From NCBI GenBank assembly GCA_051971635.1, contig JBFPLN010000003.1, forward strand, positions 32,001 to 96,000: DNA of 64,000 nucleotides, read 5' to 3'. Shown one piece after another: positions 1-11,159 of the stretch. The position numbers and the translations under genes are program-made. Origin of the DNA: Candidatus Atelocyanobacterium thalassae. Its GTDB lineage: Bacteria > Cyanobacteriota > Cyanobacteriia > Cyanobacteriales > Microcystaceae. Under the pieces are notes generated by a model. The model was not told the origin of the DNA and searched no databases. It saw nothing but the letters and a program-made list of their open reading frames with translations. Every line of letters begins with the position of its first letter. The stretch's first letter is position 1.

Positions 1-680
<680 letters not shown>

Positions 681-1038
681 TTAGTTAAATTATGATTTTT
701 ATAGATTTATCCATTATATTAACCTGTCTTTTCCATATAAGACTTACCTTAAGTATACGATTCAATGAATTGAGAATAAAAGGGCTGATTAATTAATATC
801 AAAATAAAAAATTTTAGAGTTACAAATAAGACATACTACATTAATAATAGAGTTAAATAAAGTAAAGAATTATCAATAACTAAAAAATTCAAAGTGACAT
901 TTTATTTTTTTATGTATTAATTTATAAAATTATCTTTGAGTAAACAGACCATTGATCACAAGCAATGCTTATTATTAATATACAATTTAAAATAATTAGC
1001 ATACTATAATACAATAGGGGAATTTCACAAAAAATATT

Positions 1039-1812
1039 ATGAAATGGCAAGAAATATCGGGAAGTTTTATTTTAATTCCAAAGTCTCCAATTGCTGTGAT
1101 ACATTTCATTGGAGGAGCTTTTATCGGTAGTATTCCTAATTTTACTTATCGTTGGCTACTTGAAGCACTAGCTAAAAAAGGATATGCTGTTATTGCTACA
1201 CCTTTTATTATCACATTAGATCATTTAGCAATTTCTCAAGACTTGTTAAATCGTTTTGAAAATATATTAAAGTCTATCAAAGATAACATTTATGCAGGAA
1301 TAATAAATCTTCCTGTATACGGAATTGGTCATAGTATGGGATGTAAACTCCATTTATTAATTGGTAGTTTTTTTCATGTAGAAAGAGCAGGTAATATATT
1401 TATATCTTTTAATAATTATCCTATTAAGCAAGCTATTCCTTTTCTTAAGCAATTTAATCTTCATGATGTCCTTGATTTAGAATTCACTCCATCTCCCAAT
1501 AAAACTCAAGATATTATTAAGACAAATTATATTGTTCGTCATAATTTATTAATTAAACTTACTCAAGACAATATCGATGAAACAATATCTTTGATGAAAA
1601 TCTTACATAGAAAATACCCTAATTTAGTGGTTTTACAAACATTATCTGGAAATCATTTAACACCACTAGGACAGGAACTAAGCTTTAAGGCTGGAAACAC
1701 GTTTACACCAATAGAAATCATACAGCAATGGTTTCACAGTAAATTATCTAATGATTTATATGATCTTAAGAATGGGATTTTACAGTGGCTAAATCCAGGG
1801 CAAATTATCTAA
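1039..1812 (+). CDS. DUF1350 family alpha/beta-hydrolase-like protein
   Basis: HFIGGAFIGSIP N-terminal motif and GHSMG nucleophile elbow, typical of cyanobacterial DUF1350. Confidence 0.8.
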   Translation: MKWQEISGSFILIPKSPIAVIHFIGGAFIGSIPNFTYRWLLEALAKKGYAVIATPFIITLDHLAISQDLLNRFENILKSIKDNIYAGIINLPVYGIGHSMGCKLHLLIGSFFHVERAGNIFISFNNYPIKQAIPFLKQFNLHDVLDLEFTPSPNKTQDIIKTNYIVRHNLLIKLTQDNIDETISLMKILHRKYPNLVVLQTLSGNHLTPLGQELSFKAGNTFTPIEIIQQWFHSKLSNDLYDLKNGILQWLNPGQII

Positions 1813-1963
1813 GTCATATATATTAAAATACGGAGAGTAACCTATGATTTAGGGAATGCTAAACTATTGGTAATGTTTATCAAAAATGTATAATTCGTAT
1901 ATCCTACTATCTAAAAAAGTCAAGATACGATATACTCCTCTCGAAACTTTCGATGGATAAAAA

Positions 1964-3322
1964 ATGACAGCAGTAGCAATTCTTGCAGCAGGACGCGGTA
2001 CACGTATGAAATCTAACTTGCCCAAAGTCTTACATGCTCTGGGTGGGCAGTCTTTAGTACAAAGAGTATTAAATAATTGTTCTTTACTTACTCCATCTAG
2101 ACAGTTTGTAATTGTCGGATTCGAAGGAGAAAAAGTAAAGCAATCTTTAGTTGAAAACTGGTCTTTAGAATTTGTTGAGCAGAAAGAACAATTAGGTACA
2201 GGACATGCTGTGCAACAACTTCTACCATACTTAAAAAATTTCGAAGAAGATTTATTAGTTTTAAATGGTGATGTTCCACTTCTACGTCCTAAAACATTGC
2301 AAAATCTTCTAAATATTCATAAACATAATAATAATGCGGCAACAGTTTTAACAGCCAATTTACCTAATCCAAAAGGTTATGGTAGGGTCTTTTGCGATGG
2401 AGATAATTTCGTTACTCAGATTATTGAGGACCGTGATTGTAATTCGGCTCAAAAACAAAATTGCCGAGTAAATGGAGGGATTTACTGCTTTAACTGGCCT
2501 AAGCTCGCTGAAATTTTACCTCATCTTTCTGCTAATAATCAACAAAAAGAATATTATTTGACTGATGTAGCACAGCACCTTGAGCCTTTTATGGCAGTTG
2601 ATGTAGAAGATTATTTCGAAATTAATGGTATTAATAATCGTCAACAGTTATCTGACGCAAATAACATTTTACAAGATCGGATAAAAAAATATTGGATGAA
2701 TGAAGGAGTTACTATGATTAATCCTGAAAGCATTAGTATTGACGACACAGTAAATTTGGCACCAGATACAATTATTGAACCTCAAACTCATTTACGAGGT
2801 AAGACCTATGTTGGTTCAAAAAGTCATATTGGACCAGGAACTCTTATCGAAAATAGCAAAATTGGTGAACAAGTGAGAATACTATATTCTGTTATCAGTA
2901 ACTCTGAGATAGCATCTTATTGTCAGATTGGTCCTTATGCCCATATTCGTAAGGAAGGTAAAATTGATGAATCTTGCCGTATTGGTAACTTTGTTGAAAT
3001 TAAAAAATCTCAAGTCGAAAAAAGTAGCAATATTGCTCATTTGTCTTATATCGGTGATGCCACTTTAGGGAAGCAAGTAAATATAGGAGCAGGAACAATT
3101 ACAGCTAACTATGATGGTGTTAATAAACATCCTACTATTATTGGAGATCAAACTAAGACAGGAGCAAATAGTGTTTTCGTTGCTCCTATAACTTTGGGAA
3201 ACAATGTTACGGTTGCTGCAGGTTCAGTAGTTACTAATGATGTTCCCGACGATGCTTTAGTAATTGCTCGGCAACAACAAAAAATTATTAAAGAATGGAA
3301 AAAAAAAGGTAAAAAACAATAG
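1964..3322 (+). CDS. glmU: Bifunctional UDP-GlcNAc pyrophosphorylase / glucosamine-1-P acetyltransferase
   Basis: [16 protein letters not shown] motif, GYGR, C-terminal hexapeptide repeats, HLSYIGDA. Confidence 0.97.
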   Translation: MTAVAILAAGRGTRMKSNLPKVLHALGGQSLVQRVLNNCSLLTPSRQFVIVGFEGEKVKQSLVENWSLEFVEQKEQLGTGHAVQQLLPYLKNFEEDLLVLNGDVPLLRPKTLQNLLNIHKHNNNAATVLTANLPNPKGYGRVFCDGDNFVTQIIEDRDCNSAQKQNCRVNGGIYCFNWPKLAEILPHLSANNQQKEYYLTDVAQHLEPFMAVDVEDYFEINGINNRQQLSDANNILQDRIKKYWMNEGVTMINPESISIDDTVNLAPDTIIEPQTHLRGKTYVGSKSHIGPGTLIENSKIGEQVRILYSVISNSEIASYCQIGPYAHIRKEGKIDESCRIGNFVEIKKSQVEKSSNIAHLSYIGDATLGKQVNIGAGTITANYDGVNKHPTIIGDQTKTGANSVFVAPITLGNNVTVAAGSVVTNDVPDDALVIARQQQKIIKEWKKKGKKQ

Positions 3323-3583
3323 CTATACAATGCATTTACTGCATCATGTTTAGTATCAATGCATAGAAAACCAATAATTATATTTTTAAAAAATTAGTAA
3401 CCCTCAAAATTAACGATTATTTATTTTGTATGCTAGAAATAATTAAAAGACCTATTGATTTAATGATTTTAAAAAATTAATACTATGGTTTTCTAGTATT
3501 TCATTAAAAGTGAAATAGTTTAATTATTATATTTTTGTTGCAAGAAATATAATCTGTTAATGTTATTAATTAAATACTAGTAA

Positions 3584-5821
3584 CTAGAAATCTACTCTAT
3601 TTACACGTTGAATATTCAAGACGTCGCTCATGTCGCAAATACTATTTATTAGGTATTCTAACTGCTGACGATCACGGATTTCAATACGTAAGTTAATAAT
3701 AGCAGGCTTATTTTGTATAGTTTTAACACCAGCATTGCAAACATTAACGTTATGGTTACTTACTCTTAATAAGACGTCTTTCAAGACACCTACTCTATCG
3801 ATAACTTCTATCTGAACATCTACTGGATATGTAATAGCGCATCCTTTTTTATCCACCTTATTCCAGCGTACTGGAATAAAGCGTTCTCCAGGTATATTCT
3901 CAATATTAGAACAATTCTGAGTATGAATAGAAATACCTTTATCTCCTCTAGTAACTACACCAATAATTGGCTCTCCAGGTAATGGCCTACAACATCCAGC
4001 TATATGATATAAAAGACCTTCAACTCCCAAAATTGGAGATTTATTAGGTTTCTTTGGACATAGAGAAGAAGATGTTGTAGGTGAGTTCATTTCGTGAGAT
4101 TCAGTATTCTTCTGTTGAGTTTTTACTGTTATTTCTCTTACACGGTTAACCACTTGATTTAAAGTAATCCCTCCATATCCTAATCCAGAGAGCAAATCAT
4201 CCACTGAATTATAATTACATCTTTCTACCACAGTTTTCATTGGTTCTGATTTTAATAAAGCTTCAAAACCGTTTTTACCCAATTCTTTCTCTAACATATC
4301 ACGTCCTCTAATCATATTTTCTTCTCTACATGATCTTTTGTACCATTGACGGATACGATTACGAGCGCTAGGCGTAACTACTATATTCAACCAATTTAAA
4401 CTAGGATGGCAGTTTTTTTGGGTAATAATTTCTACTATGTCACCATTATGCAATGGTTGACCGAAAACTGACCATTTGCCGTTAATCCTAGCTCCTTTCA
4501 TATGATTGCCTACTTCTGTATGAATACGATAAGCAAAATCTACAGTAGTAGCTCCCCTCGCTAAAGCAATTACTTCTCCATCAGGAGTAAATACATAAAC
4601 ATCATCATCAAAGAGATTATCTTTAAGATTATCAACATATTCTTGAGCATCTTTAAGATCTTTTTGCCAGTCTAACAGTTGTCTTAACCAAGTAAACTTC
4701 TCATCTTCCTGAGATAATTGAGTATAGTGAGATACACCTGTTTCTTTATATTTCCAATGAGCTGCAATACCATACTCAGCGATATGATGCATTTCCATTG
4801 TCCTTATCTGAATTTCTAAAGGATGACCGTTAAATCCTACAACTGTTGTATGTAAAGATTGGTAACGATTTGGTTTAGGTAAACCAATATAATCTTTGAA
4901 TCTTCCAGGCATAGGTTTAAAAGTATCATGAACTACTGCCAAAGCACGATAGCATTCTTCTTTATTTTGGACAATAATTCTTAAAGCTGCTAAATCATAT
5001 ATTTCATGAAATCCTTTATTTTGACTATGCATCTTATAATAAATTCCATAAAGATGTTTAGATCTTCCTTGTAATTCTAGTATGTTTATTCCTATGCTAT
5101 GTAATCGTCTTTGTAGTGTATCTTTAACATTTTCAATACGAGCTTCACGATCAATACGTTTTTCTGCGACTAAACTCTGGATTTCCCTATAAGCATTAGG
5201 CTCTAAATACTTAAAAGATAAATCTTCTAGTTCCCATTTGACCCTCCAGATACCGAGACGATTTGCTAATGGAGAGAAAATTTCTTTAGTCTCCAAAGCG
5301 ATACGTTTTTGCTTTTCTGGTTTAAGTGCCTCTAAAGTCCTCATATTATGAAGACGATCAGCCAATTTTACTACAATTACTCTGATATCTTTAGCCATTG
5401 CTAAGAACATTCTTCGAAAATTTTCAGCTTGCTGTTCTGTTTTGTTCGAAAAATTAAACTTTGATAATTTTGTAACACCTTCAACTAGTAATCTTACTTC
5501 TTGGCCAAACATCTCTTCAATATTGTCTGCAGTGATGTCAGTATCTTCTACTACATCATGAAGAAAACCTGCAGCAATCATTGACTTATCTCCCCCTAAA
5601 TCTCTTAGTATTCCCGCTACAGTCACTGGATGAACAATATAAGGTTCACCTGATTTACGATACTGTCCTTTATGTAGTTGATATGCGAAATCAAAGGCAT
5701 GACAGATTAAATCTTGATTTTGATTATATGTGTCTGATTTACGAGAAATTAAACATTGGTTTAACCAATCAGGGAGAGTAAAGTCAAGAGGTTTATTATT
5801 GAGAGATGTAACTGTATTCAT
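3584..5821 (-). CDS. spoT: Bifunctional (p)ppGpp synthetase/hydrolase (long RSH)
   Basis: RKSGEPYIVHP, HDVVED HD domain, EIQIRT synthetase motif, TGS (DFAYRIHT) and ACT domains. Confidence 0.96.
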   Translation of the reverse strand: MNTVTSLNNKPLDFTLPDWLNQCLISRKSDTYNQNQDLICHAFDFAYQLHKGQYRKSGEPYIVHPVTVAGILRDLGGDKSMIAAGFLHDVVEDTDITADNIEEMFGQEVRLLVEGVTKLSKFNFSNKTEQQAENFRRMFLAMAKDIRVIVVKLADRLHNMRTLEALKPEKQKRIALETKEIFSPLANRLGIWRVKWELEDLSFKYLEPNAYREIQSLVAEKRIDREARIENVKDTLQRRLHSIGINILELQGRSKHLYGIYYKMHSQNKGFHEIYDLAALRIIVQNKEECYRALAVVHDTFKPMPGRFKDYIGLPKPNRYQSLHTTVVGFNGHPLEIQIRTMEMHHIAEYGIAAHWKYKETGVSHYTQLSQEDEKFTWLRQLLDWQKDLKDAQEYVDNLKDNLFDDDVYVFTPDGEVIALARGATTVDFAYRIHTEVGNHMKGARINGKWSVFGQPLHNGDIVEIITQKNCHPSLNWLNIVVTPSARNRIRQWYKRSCREENMIRGRDMLEKELGKNGFEALLKSEPMKTVVERCNYNSVDDLLSGLGYGGITLNQVVNRVREITVKTQQKNTESHEMNSPTTSSSLCPKKPNKSPILGVEGLLYHIAGCCRPLPGEPIIGVVTRGDKGISIHTQNCSNIENIPGERFIPVRWNKVDKKGCAITYPVDVQIEVIDRVGVLKDVLLRVSNHNVNVCNAGVKTIQNKPAIINLRIEIRDRQQLEYLINSICDMSDVLNIQRVNRVDF

Positions 5822-6067
5822 AAAATAGTTGAATCAGAAAAAGAACAGAATATTAAAAATTTGGAGAAAATTAATAAGCTTTCGACTTTTCTTTTAGTAT
5901 TAACACTTGTACTAAAAATAGGCAATTAAATTTTTTAGGTAATATTAATTATTAAAAATAAAATTTTAATTCTAAAAAATTTAATAAAAGACATACTAAT
6001 TTTAATAAGAGTATATTATTAATAAGATATTAGTAAAAGTATATTATTAAGACAGAACAAATATTTA

Positions 6068-6442
6068 ATGTTACCAAAATATTATAAAGTTTTTTTAGAA
6101 CAATTATTTATGCTTCAAAAACAAGTCTTATCAGAGAGTATAGATATTGCACAAACTAAAATAATTTTTGAACAAGTTAGCAGAACATTCGAACATAAAA
6201 TTTTTAATGAAGATATGCATATATATTTTAAAGATAATCATAAGCATACGATCATTCAATCAGTAAAAGTGGAAATTAATAAACACTTGAGGTTACTCAA
6301 AACTGAGTTGTTATTTTTAGAGTCTGCTCGTCAACTAGAGACAATACATAAAAGAATAAATAAAATACAACAGAGAATTACTAAATTAATAGATTATTGT
6401 AAGTTTGTGAACACACAATTTTGTGAATCAAAGGTTGACTAA
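6068..6442 (+). CDS. patD: PatD-family protein (homolog of the heterocyst frequency control protein)
   Basis: QS..VEINKHLRLLKTELLFLESARQLET..KRI motif as I recall it for PatD; divergent from the RSH gene. Confidence 0.7.
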   Translation: MLPKYYKVFLEQLFMLQKQVLSESIDIAQTKIIFEQVSRTFEHKIFNEDMHIYFKDNHKHTIIQSVKVEINKHLRLLKTELLFLESARQLETIHKRINKIQQRITKLIDYCKFVNTQFCESKVD

Positions 6443-6774
6443 GCACAGAATGCATATAGTTTAATCTGGTTATCGCAATTCAAATTTTCTTCACAAACTA
6501 TATTAAATAGGTAATAGTTTTCTCTATATACATAACATGTTTTAATACTTAATTTATTGAATATAGAGTTTTTCTATTATCAAATAATACAAGGTAACAA
6601 ACAAATAATTTCATAATGAAAATGCTTAATAGTAAAAATATACTGTGTTTACTAAGTAGGATTAGTAAAAGTATTTAATTTAAATATTTATAATTAAACA
6701 ACAAATGTTAGAATACGGAGTGCAAATTTGTTGTATGAGCTAGCATATATCTTTAATTTTAAACTGTTTTATTA

Positions 6775-7851
6775 ATGTCTTTCAAAAATGAGGATCTCAA
6801 AATGACAACCTTATTACGTAATTGCTGGTATGTTGCTCTTAGTAGCATAGATTTGAAACCGGCAACAATAATACATAAAAAAATTCTAAATGAACCTATC
6901 CTAATTGGACGAAAAAAAAATGGTCAAGTTTTTGCCATGCGTGATATTTGTCCACATCGAGGTATCCCTTTAAGTTATGGATCATTGGATAAAGAAGATA
7001 TATCTTGTCGGTATCATGGCTGGAAATTTAATGTAAATAATGGTAAATGTAGTGAAATACCATCTCTTACAGAGTATGACGACTTAGATATAAGTCGTAT
7101 TAAAGTCCTTACATATCCATGCGAAGAAGTTCAAGGTAATATTTGGATATATTTTACTGATACTAACAAAAGTAAAATTGGGTTATCCGATATTCCCCCT
7201 GTTCCAACTATCCCTGATTTTGGAAAGCTGAAGCCAGGAATAACAGAGACTATGAATTTTGATTGCAACATTGATCATGCAATTATTGGTCTTATGGATC
7301 CAGCTCATGGACCTTATATTCATAATGCTTGGTGGTGGAGAAGTGGTCCTCGTAAATTTCGAGTTAAAGAGAAATATTACGAACCTGTATCGCAAGGCTT
7401 TCGTCTTGTTCCCTACAATATGCCAGTTAGTGCTCGTCCTTATAAAATTTTAGGAAATAATGTATCTATTGAAATTATTTTTCAGTTACCTGGAGTTCGT
7501 ACAGAAGTTTTAAAAGGTGATCGTTATTCTGCCTGTTTATTGACATGCATTACCCCTATAGATGATTCTTCATGTGAGATATTTCAGAGTATTTATTGGA
7601 CAATCCCTTGGGCAGGTATCTTCAAGCCTCTACTAAGCTTGTTAACTCGTCAGTTCTTAGCCCAGGATCGTGACGCAATTATTCAACAACAAAAAGGTCT
7701 TATCCATAATCCTTCATTAATGTTGATAGACGATGCGGATACTCAGGCTAAATGGTATTTTCGCTTAAAACAAGAATATCAAAAATCTCAGGAAGAGAAT
7801 AGAACTTTTACAAATCCTATTGAATCCAGAGTACTGCGCTGGAGAAGTTAA
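6775..7851 (+). CDS. Rieske non-heme iron oxygenase alpha subunit (start may be MTTLLRN at 6802)
   Basis: Rieske ligands CPHRG...CRYHGW; mononuclear Fe motif DPAHGPYIH; QDRD. Confidence 0.88.
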   Translation: MSFKNEDLKMTTLLRNCWYVALSSIDLKPATIIHKKILNEPILIGRKKNGQVFAMRDICPHRGIPLSYGSLDKEDISCRYHGWKFNVNNGKCSEIPSLTEYDDLDISRIKVLTYPCEEVQGNIWIYFTDTNKSKIGLSDIPPVPTIPDFGKLKPGITETMNFDCNIDHAIIGLMDPAHGPYIHNAWWWRSGPRKFRVKEKYYEPVSQGFRLVPYNMPVSARPYKILGNNVSIEIIFQLPGVRTEVLKGDRYSACLLTCITPIDDSSCEIFQSIYWTIPWAGIFKPLLSLLTRQFLAQDRDAIIQQQKGLIHNPSLMLIDDADTQAKWYFRLKQEYQKSQEENRTFTNPIESRVLRWRS

Positions 7852-8290
7852 GGTTGACAGAGTAATTTTCATGATTCATGGATAGATGTAAAACCATAAT
7901 ATAACTGGTAGTATTTTTAATAAATTTTAATATTATTAATAGTTACAATTTGTTCTTTAATATTTTTTAGTTACGTTGTGAAGATCATAAACATCGTAGT
8001 CTAACTAGACTAGTTAAATCAAATTTTACTATAGAATCTTTAGCAGTAACTTTATATGATGGACATAAATAAAAGTTCAGTATGAAGTGAAATTAGATAA
8101 CTTAAATGTGACATGAAAAAGATTTTTCTATTACATAAGCTTGTATAAATATCTATCCTATTAGCGAATCTTATCTTCTCTAAGACTATATTGATTTTCT
8201 TCTTTTTTTCGTTTTTTGTAAGAAAAAATAGAGCTTCTTTGACAAGAAGTAAACAAATTTTAAATTGTAATAATGATTGGTATAAGTTAT

Positions 8291-8299
8291 TGCTATAAT
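8291..8299 (+). promoter_or_regulatory. Extended -10 element (TGCTATAAT) upstream of hupS
   Basis: Exact TGnTATAAT ending 27 nt before the hupS ATG at 8327. Confidence 0.5.
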
Positions 8300-8326
8300 A
8301 TTTCAAAAACCTATCAGAGACGATCA

Positions 8327-9289
8327 ATGGCTAATGTTCTTTGGTTACAGGGTGGCGCTTGCTCTGGAAATACAATTTCTTTTCTCAATGCAGAAGAACC
8401 AACCTTAGTAGATTTAATCACCGATTTTGGAATTAATATTTTATGGCATCCATCCTTGGGTATGCAGTTAGGTGATGAATTACAAGAATTATTGATTAAC
8501 TGTATCAACGGGAAGATATCTATTGATATATTAGTTTTTGAAGGATCAGTAGTTAATGCTCCTAATGGTACTGGGGAGTGGAATCGTTTTGCTGGTCGTC
8601 CTATGAAAGACTGGTTAAATGATTTATCTAAAGTCGCCGGCTTTGTAGTTGCAGTTGGAGATTGTGCAACCTATGGTGGAATACCAGCAATGGAGCCTAA
8701 TCCTAGTGAGTCTATTGGTTTACAATTTCTTAAACGCCAAAAAGGAGGATTTTTGGGAGACAACTTTTTATCCCAAAAAGGATTCCCTGTTATTAATATA
8801 CCTGGTTGCCCTGCTCACCCAGACTGGATTTCTCAAATATTAGTTGCTGTTGCTACTGGAAGAGTTGGAGATCTAACTCTTGATGAGTTTCATCGTCCTG
8901 AAACTTTCTTTCGAAGTTTCACACAAACTGGCTGTACAAGAAATATGCATTTTTCATATAAATCAAGTACTGAAGAATTTGGCCAACGTACTGGGTGTTT
9001 ATTTTATGATCTAGGTTGTCGTGGACCTATGACTCATTCCTCATGTAATAGAATTTTATGGAATAGGGTCTCTTCTAAAACTCGTGTTGGAATGCCTTGT
9101 TTAGGATGTACTGAGCCAGAATTTCCTTTTCATGATCTTAAAAAAGGAACTGTTTTTAAAACTCAAACCGTTATGGGGGTTCCTAGAGAATTACCACCTG
9201 GTATTAATGCTAAAGATTATGCTGTAGTAACAGTTGTTTCTAAAGATGCTCGTCCATCTTGGACGGATGAAGATTTCTTCACTGTGTAA
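8327..9289 (+). CDS. hupS: Uptake [NiFe]-hydrogenase small subunit (group 2a)
   Basis: Start reassigned to MANVLWLQGGACSGN (320 aa, no Tat signal). Cyanobacterial Asn (GACSGN) and Gln (FTQTGC) cluster ligands; PGCPAHP. Confidence 0.96.
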   Translation: MANVLWLQGGACSGNTISFLNAEEPTLVDLITDFGINILWHPSLGMQLGDELQELLINCINGKISIDILVFEGSVVNAPNGTGEWNRFAGRPMKDWLNDLSKVAGFVVAVGDCATYGGIPAMEPNPSESIGLQFLKRQKGGFLGDNFLSQKGFPVINIPGCPAHPDWISQILVAVATGRVGDLTLDEFHRPETFFRSFTQTGCTRNMHFSYKSSTEEFGQRTGCLFYDLGCRGPMTHSSCNRILWNRVSSKTRVGMPCLGCTEPEFPFHDLKKGTVFKTQTVMGVPRELPPGINAKDYAVVTVVSKDARPSWTDEDFFTV

Positions 9290-9356
9290 TGAAAATACAT
9301 GGTTAGAGTTGATATTAAGATTTCCTAACAGGACTTTATTGTCAAAAAGAAATCCA

Positions 9357-9408
9357 AATAAAATCATAAAAGTAATAGTAATTTTACTATTACTTTTATG
9401 ATTTTATT
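9357..9408. repeat. Perfect inverted repeat with 25-bp arms between hupS and hupL
   Basis: aataaaatcataaaagtaatagtaa-tt-ttactattacttttatgattttatt. Confidence 0.9.
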
Positions 9409-9496
9409 CCCCATTTATTTTATATATGGGAATAGTAAATAATTACAAATTATTTCTAGTATTTTATCGAAGTTTTACTATTTTTGAGAGGAATAC

Positions 9497-11092
9497 ATGG
9501 TAGTTCAAAAGCTGGAAATCTCTCCTGTAGGAAGAGTCGAAGGAGATTTAGATATTAGGGTAGATATCGAAGATGGTTATGTTGTAAATGCTTGGACAAA
9601 AGCAGAGTTGTTCCGCGGTTTTGAAGTTATTTTAAAGGGTAAGGATCCACAGGCTGGACTTATTGTTACTCCTCGTATTTGTGGTATTTGTGGTGCATCA
9701 CATTTAACTTGTGCATCTTGGGCATTAGACACAATTTGGGAAACTGAGGTGCCTCGTAACGCCATCTTAGCACGTAACTTAGGACAGATTGTTGAAACTA
9801 TACAAAGTCATCCCAGGCATTTTTACGCCTTGTATGCGACTGATTTAACAAACAAAAAATATAAGAATAGTCCTTTTTATGAAGAAGCTTGCAAAAGGTT
9901 TACTCCCTTTACAGGGACTTCCTATGAAACAGCCATAATAACTTCTGCAAAACCTGTGGAGCTTTATGCTTTATTTGGGGGACAATGGCCTCATTCTAGT
10001 TATATGGTTCCAGGCGGTGTAATGTGTGCTCCAACGCTAACTGATGTTACACGTGGTTGGGGTATAATGGAGTATTTTCGTACCAATTGGTTAGAACCAG
10101 TTTGGCTAGGATGCTCTCTTGAAAGATATGAAAAAATTAAGACTTATGAAGACTTTTTAGAATGGTTAGAAGAGAGTCCTAAGCATGCTAACTCTGATCT
10201 AGGCTTTTACTGGCGTATGGGATTAGATATTGGACTAGATAAATATGGTCAAGGGCCAGGAAGATATCTGACCTGGGGATATCTCCCACATGAAGATAGG
10301 TATCAGAAACCTACAGTTAAAGACCGAAATTCAGCTGTAATAATGAAAGGTGGTGTCTACGATAGTTTTACAGATATGCACCATATGGTAGATCATAGTT
10401 TTGCTATAGAAAACACAAGCCACTCCTGGTATGAGGAAGGTAATGCTGATGTTCATCCTTTTGACAGGGTTACTAATCCCCAAAGTATGAATAAAGGAGA
10501 TTATGAGAATAAGTATTCTTGGTCAACTGCAGTGAGTCATAAAGACTTAGGCCGTATGGAAGTAGGTTCTCTTGCACGTCAACTAGTAGCAGGTGGAAAA
10601 CATGGAGAAAGTTGGCAACATTATGATGGACTGATCTTAGATATGTTTAAAAAAATTGGTGGTCCTAGTGTACATTTAAGAGAATTTGCTCGGATGCATG
10701 AATCTGTAAAATTATATAGAGAAGCAGAAAGATGTTTGCGGGAATTTAAGCTTAATGATCCTTGGTATATTAAACCAAAAGAAAAAGATGGGCGTGGTTG
10801 GGGAGGAACAGAGGCTAGCCGTGGTGCTTTGTGTCATTGGGTTGAAGTGGAAAAAGGAGTTATCAAAAATTATCAGATAATTGCTCCTAGTACTTGGAAT
10901 ATTGGCCCTAGGGATGGGAAAGATATTAGAGGTCCAATTGAAGAGGCATTAATTGGTATACCCATTGAAGATATGAGTAATCCAGTGGAAGTTGGTCATG
11001 TTGCCCGTTCATTTGATTCTTGCTTAGTCTGTACAGTACATGCACATGATGCTAAAACGGGGGAAGAGCTAGCAAGATTTCGTACTAACTAG
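9497..11092 (+). CDS. hupL: Uptake [NiFe]-hydrogenase large subunit
   Basis: RVEGDL, L1 PRICGICG and L2 SFDSCLVCTVH motifs with a cleavable C-terminal tail; gene uninterrupted. Confidence 0.97.
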   Translation: MVVQKLEISPVGRVEGDLDIRVDIEDGYVVNAWTKAELFRGFEVILKGKDPQAGLIVTPRICGICGASHLTCASWALDTIWETEVPRNAILARNLGQIVETIQSHPRHFYALYATDLTNKKYKNSPFYEEACKRFTPFTGTSYETAIITSAKPVELYALFGGQWPHSSYMVPGGVMCAPTLTDVTRGWGIMEYFRTNWLEPVWLGCSLERYEKIKTYEDFLEWLEESPKHANSDLGFYWRMGLDIGLDKYGQGPGRYLTWGYLPHEDRYQKPTVKDRNSAVIMKGGVYDSFTDMHHMVDHSFAIENTSHSWYEEGNADVHPFDRVTNPQSMNKGDYENKYSWSTAVSHKDLGRMEVGSLARQLVAGGKHGESWQHYDGLILDMFKKIGGPSVHLREFARMHESVKLYREAERCLREFKLNDPWYIKPKEKDGRGWGGTEASRGALCHWVEVEKGVIKNYQIIAPSTWNIGPRDGKDIRGPIEEALIGIPIEDMSNPVEVGHVARSFDSCLVCTVHAHDAKTGEELARFRTN

Positions 11093-11094
11093 AA

Positions 11095-11136
11095 ATTAAA
11101 TGGAAGTGATTTACATCTATATCACTTCCATTTAAT
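11095..11136. terminator. 16-bp perfect hairpin between convergent hupL and radical SAM gene
   Basis: attaaatggaagtgat-N10-atcacttccatttaat, starting 2 nt after the hupL stop. Confidence 0.75.
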
Positions 11137-11159
11137 CTTTTGTAATAATGATGATATTA

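Noticed and set aside
7852..8326. NtcA box upstream of hupS
   Set aside because: Only near matches (GTA-N8-TAT/TAG) found; no exact GTA-N8-TAC at suitable spacing
8052..8327. 91-aa minus-strand ORF upstream of hupS, and the longer hupS start at 8273
   Set aside because: Low-complexity AT-derived sequence overlapping the hupS promoter; conserved HupS begins at MANVLWLQ (8327)
9497..11092. Excision element (xisC-type) in hupL
   Set aside because: The gene is continuous and full length (531 aa)
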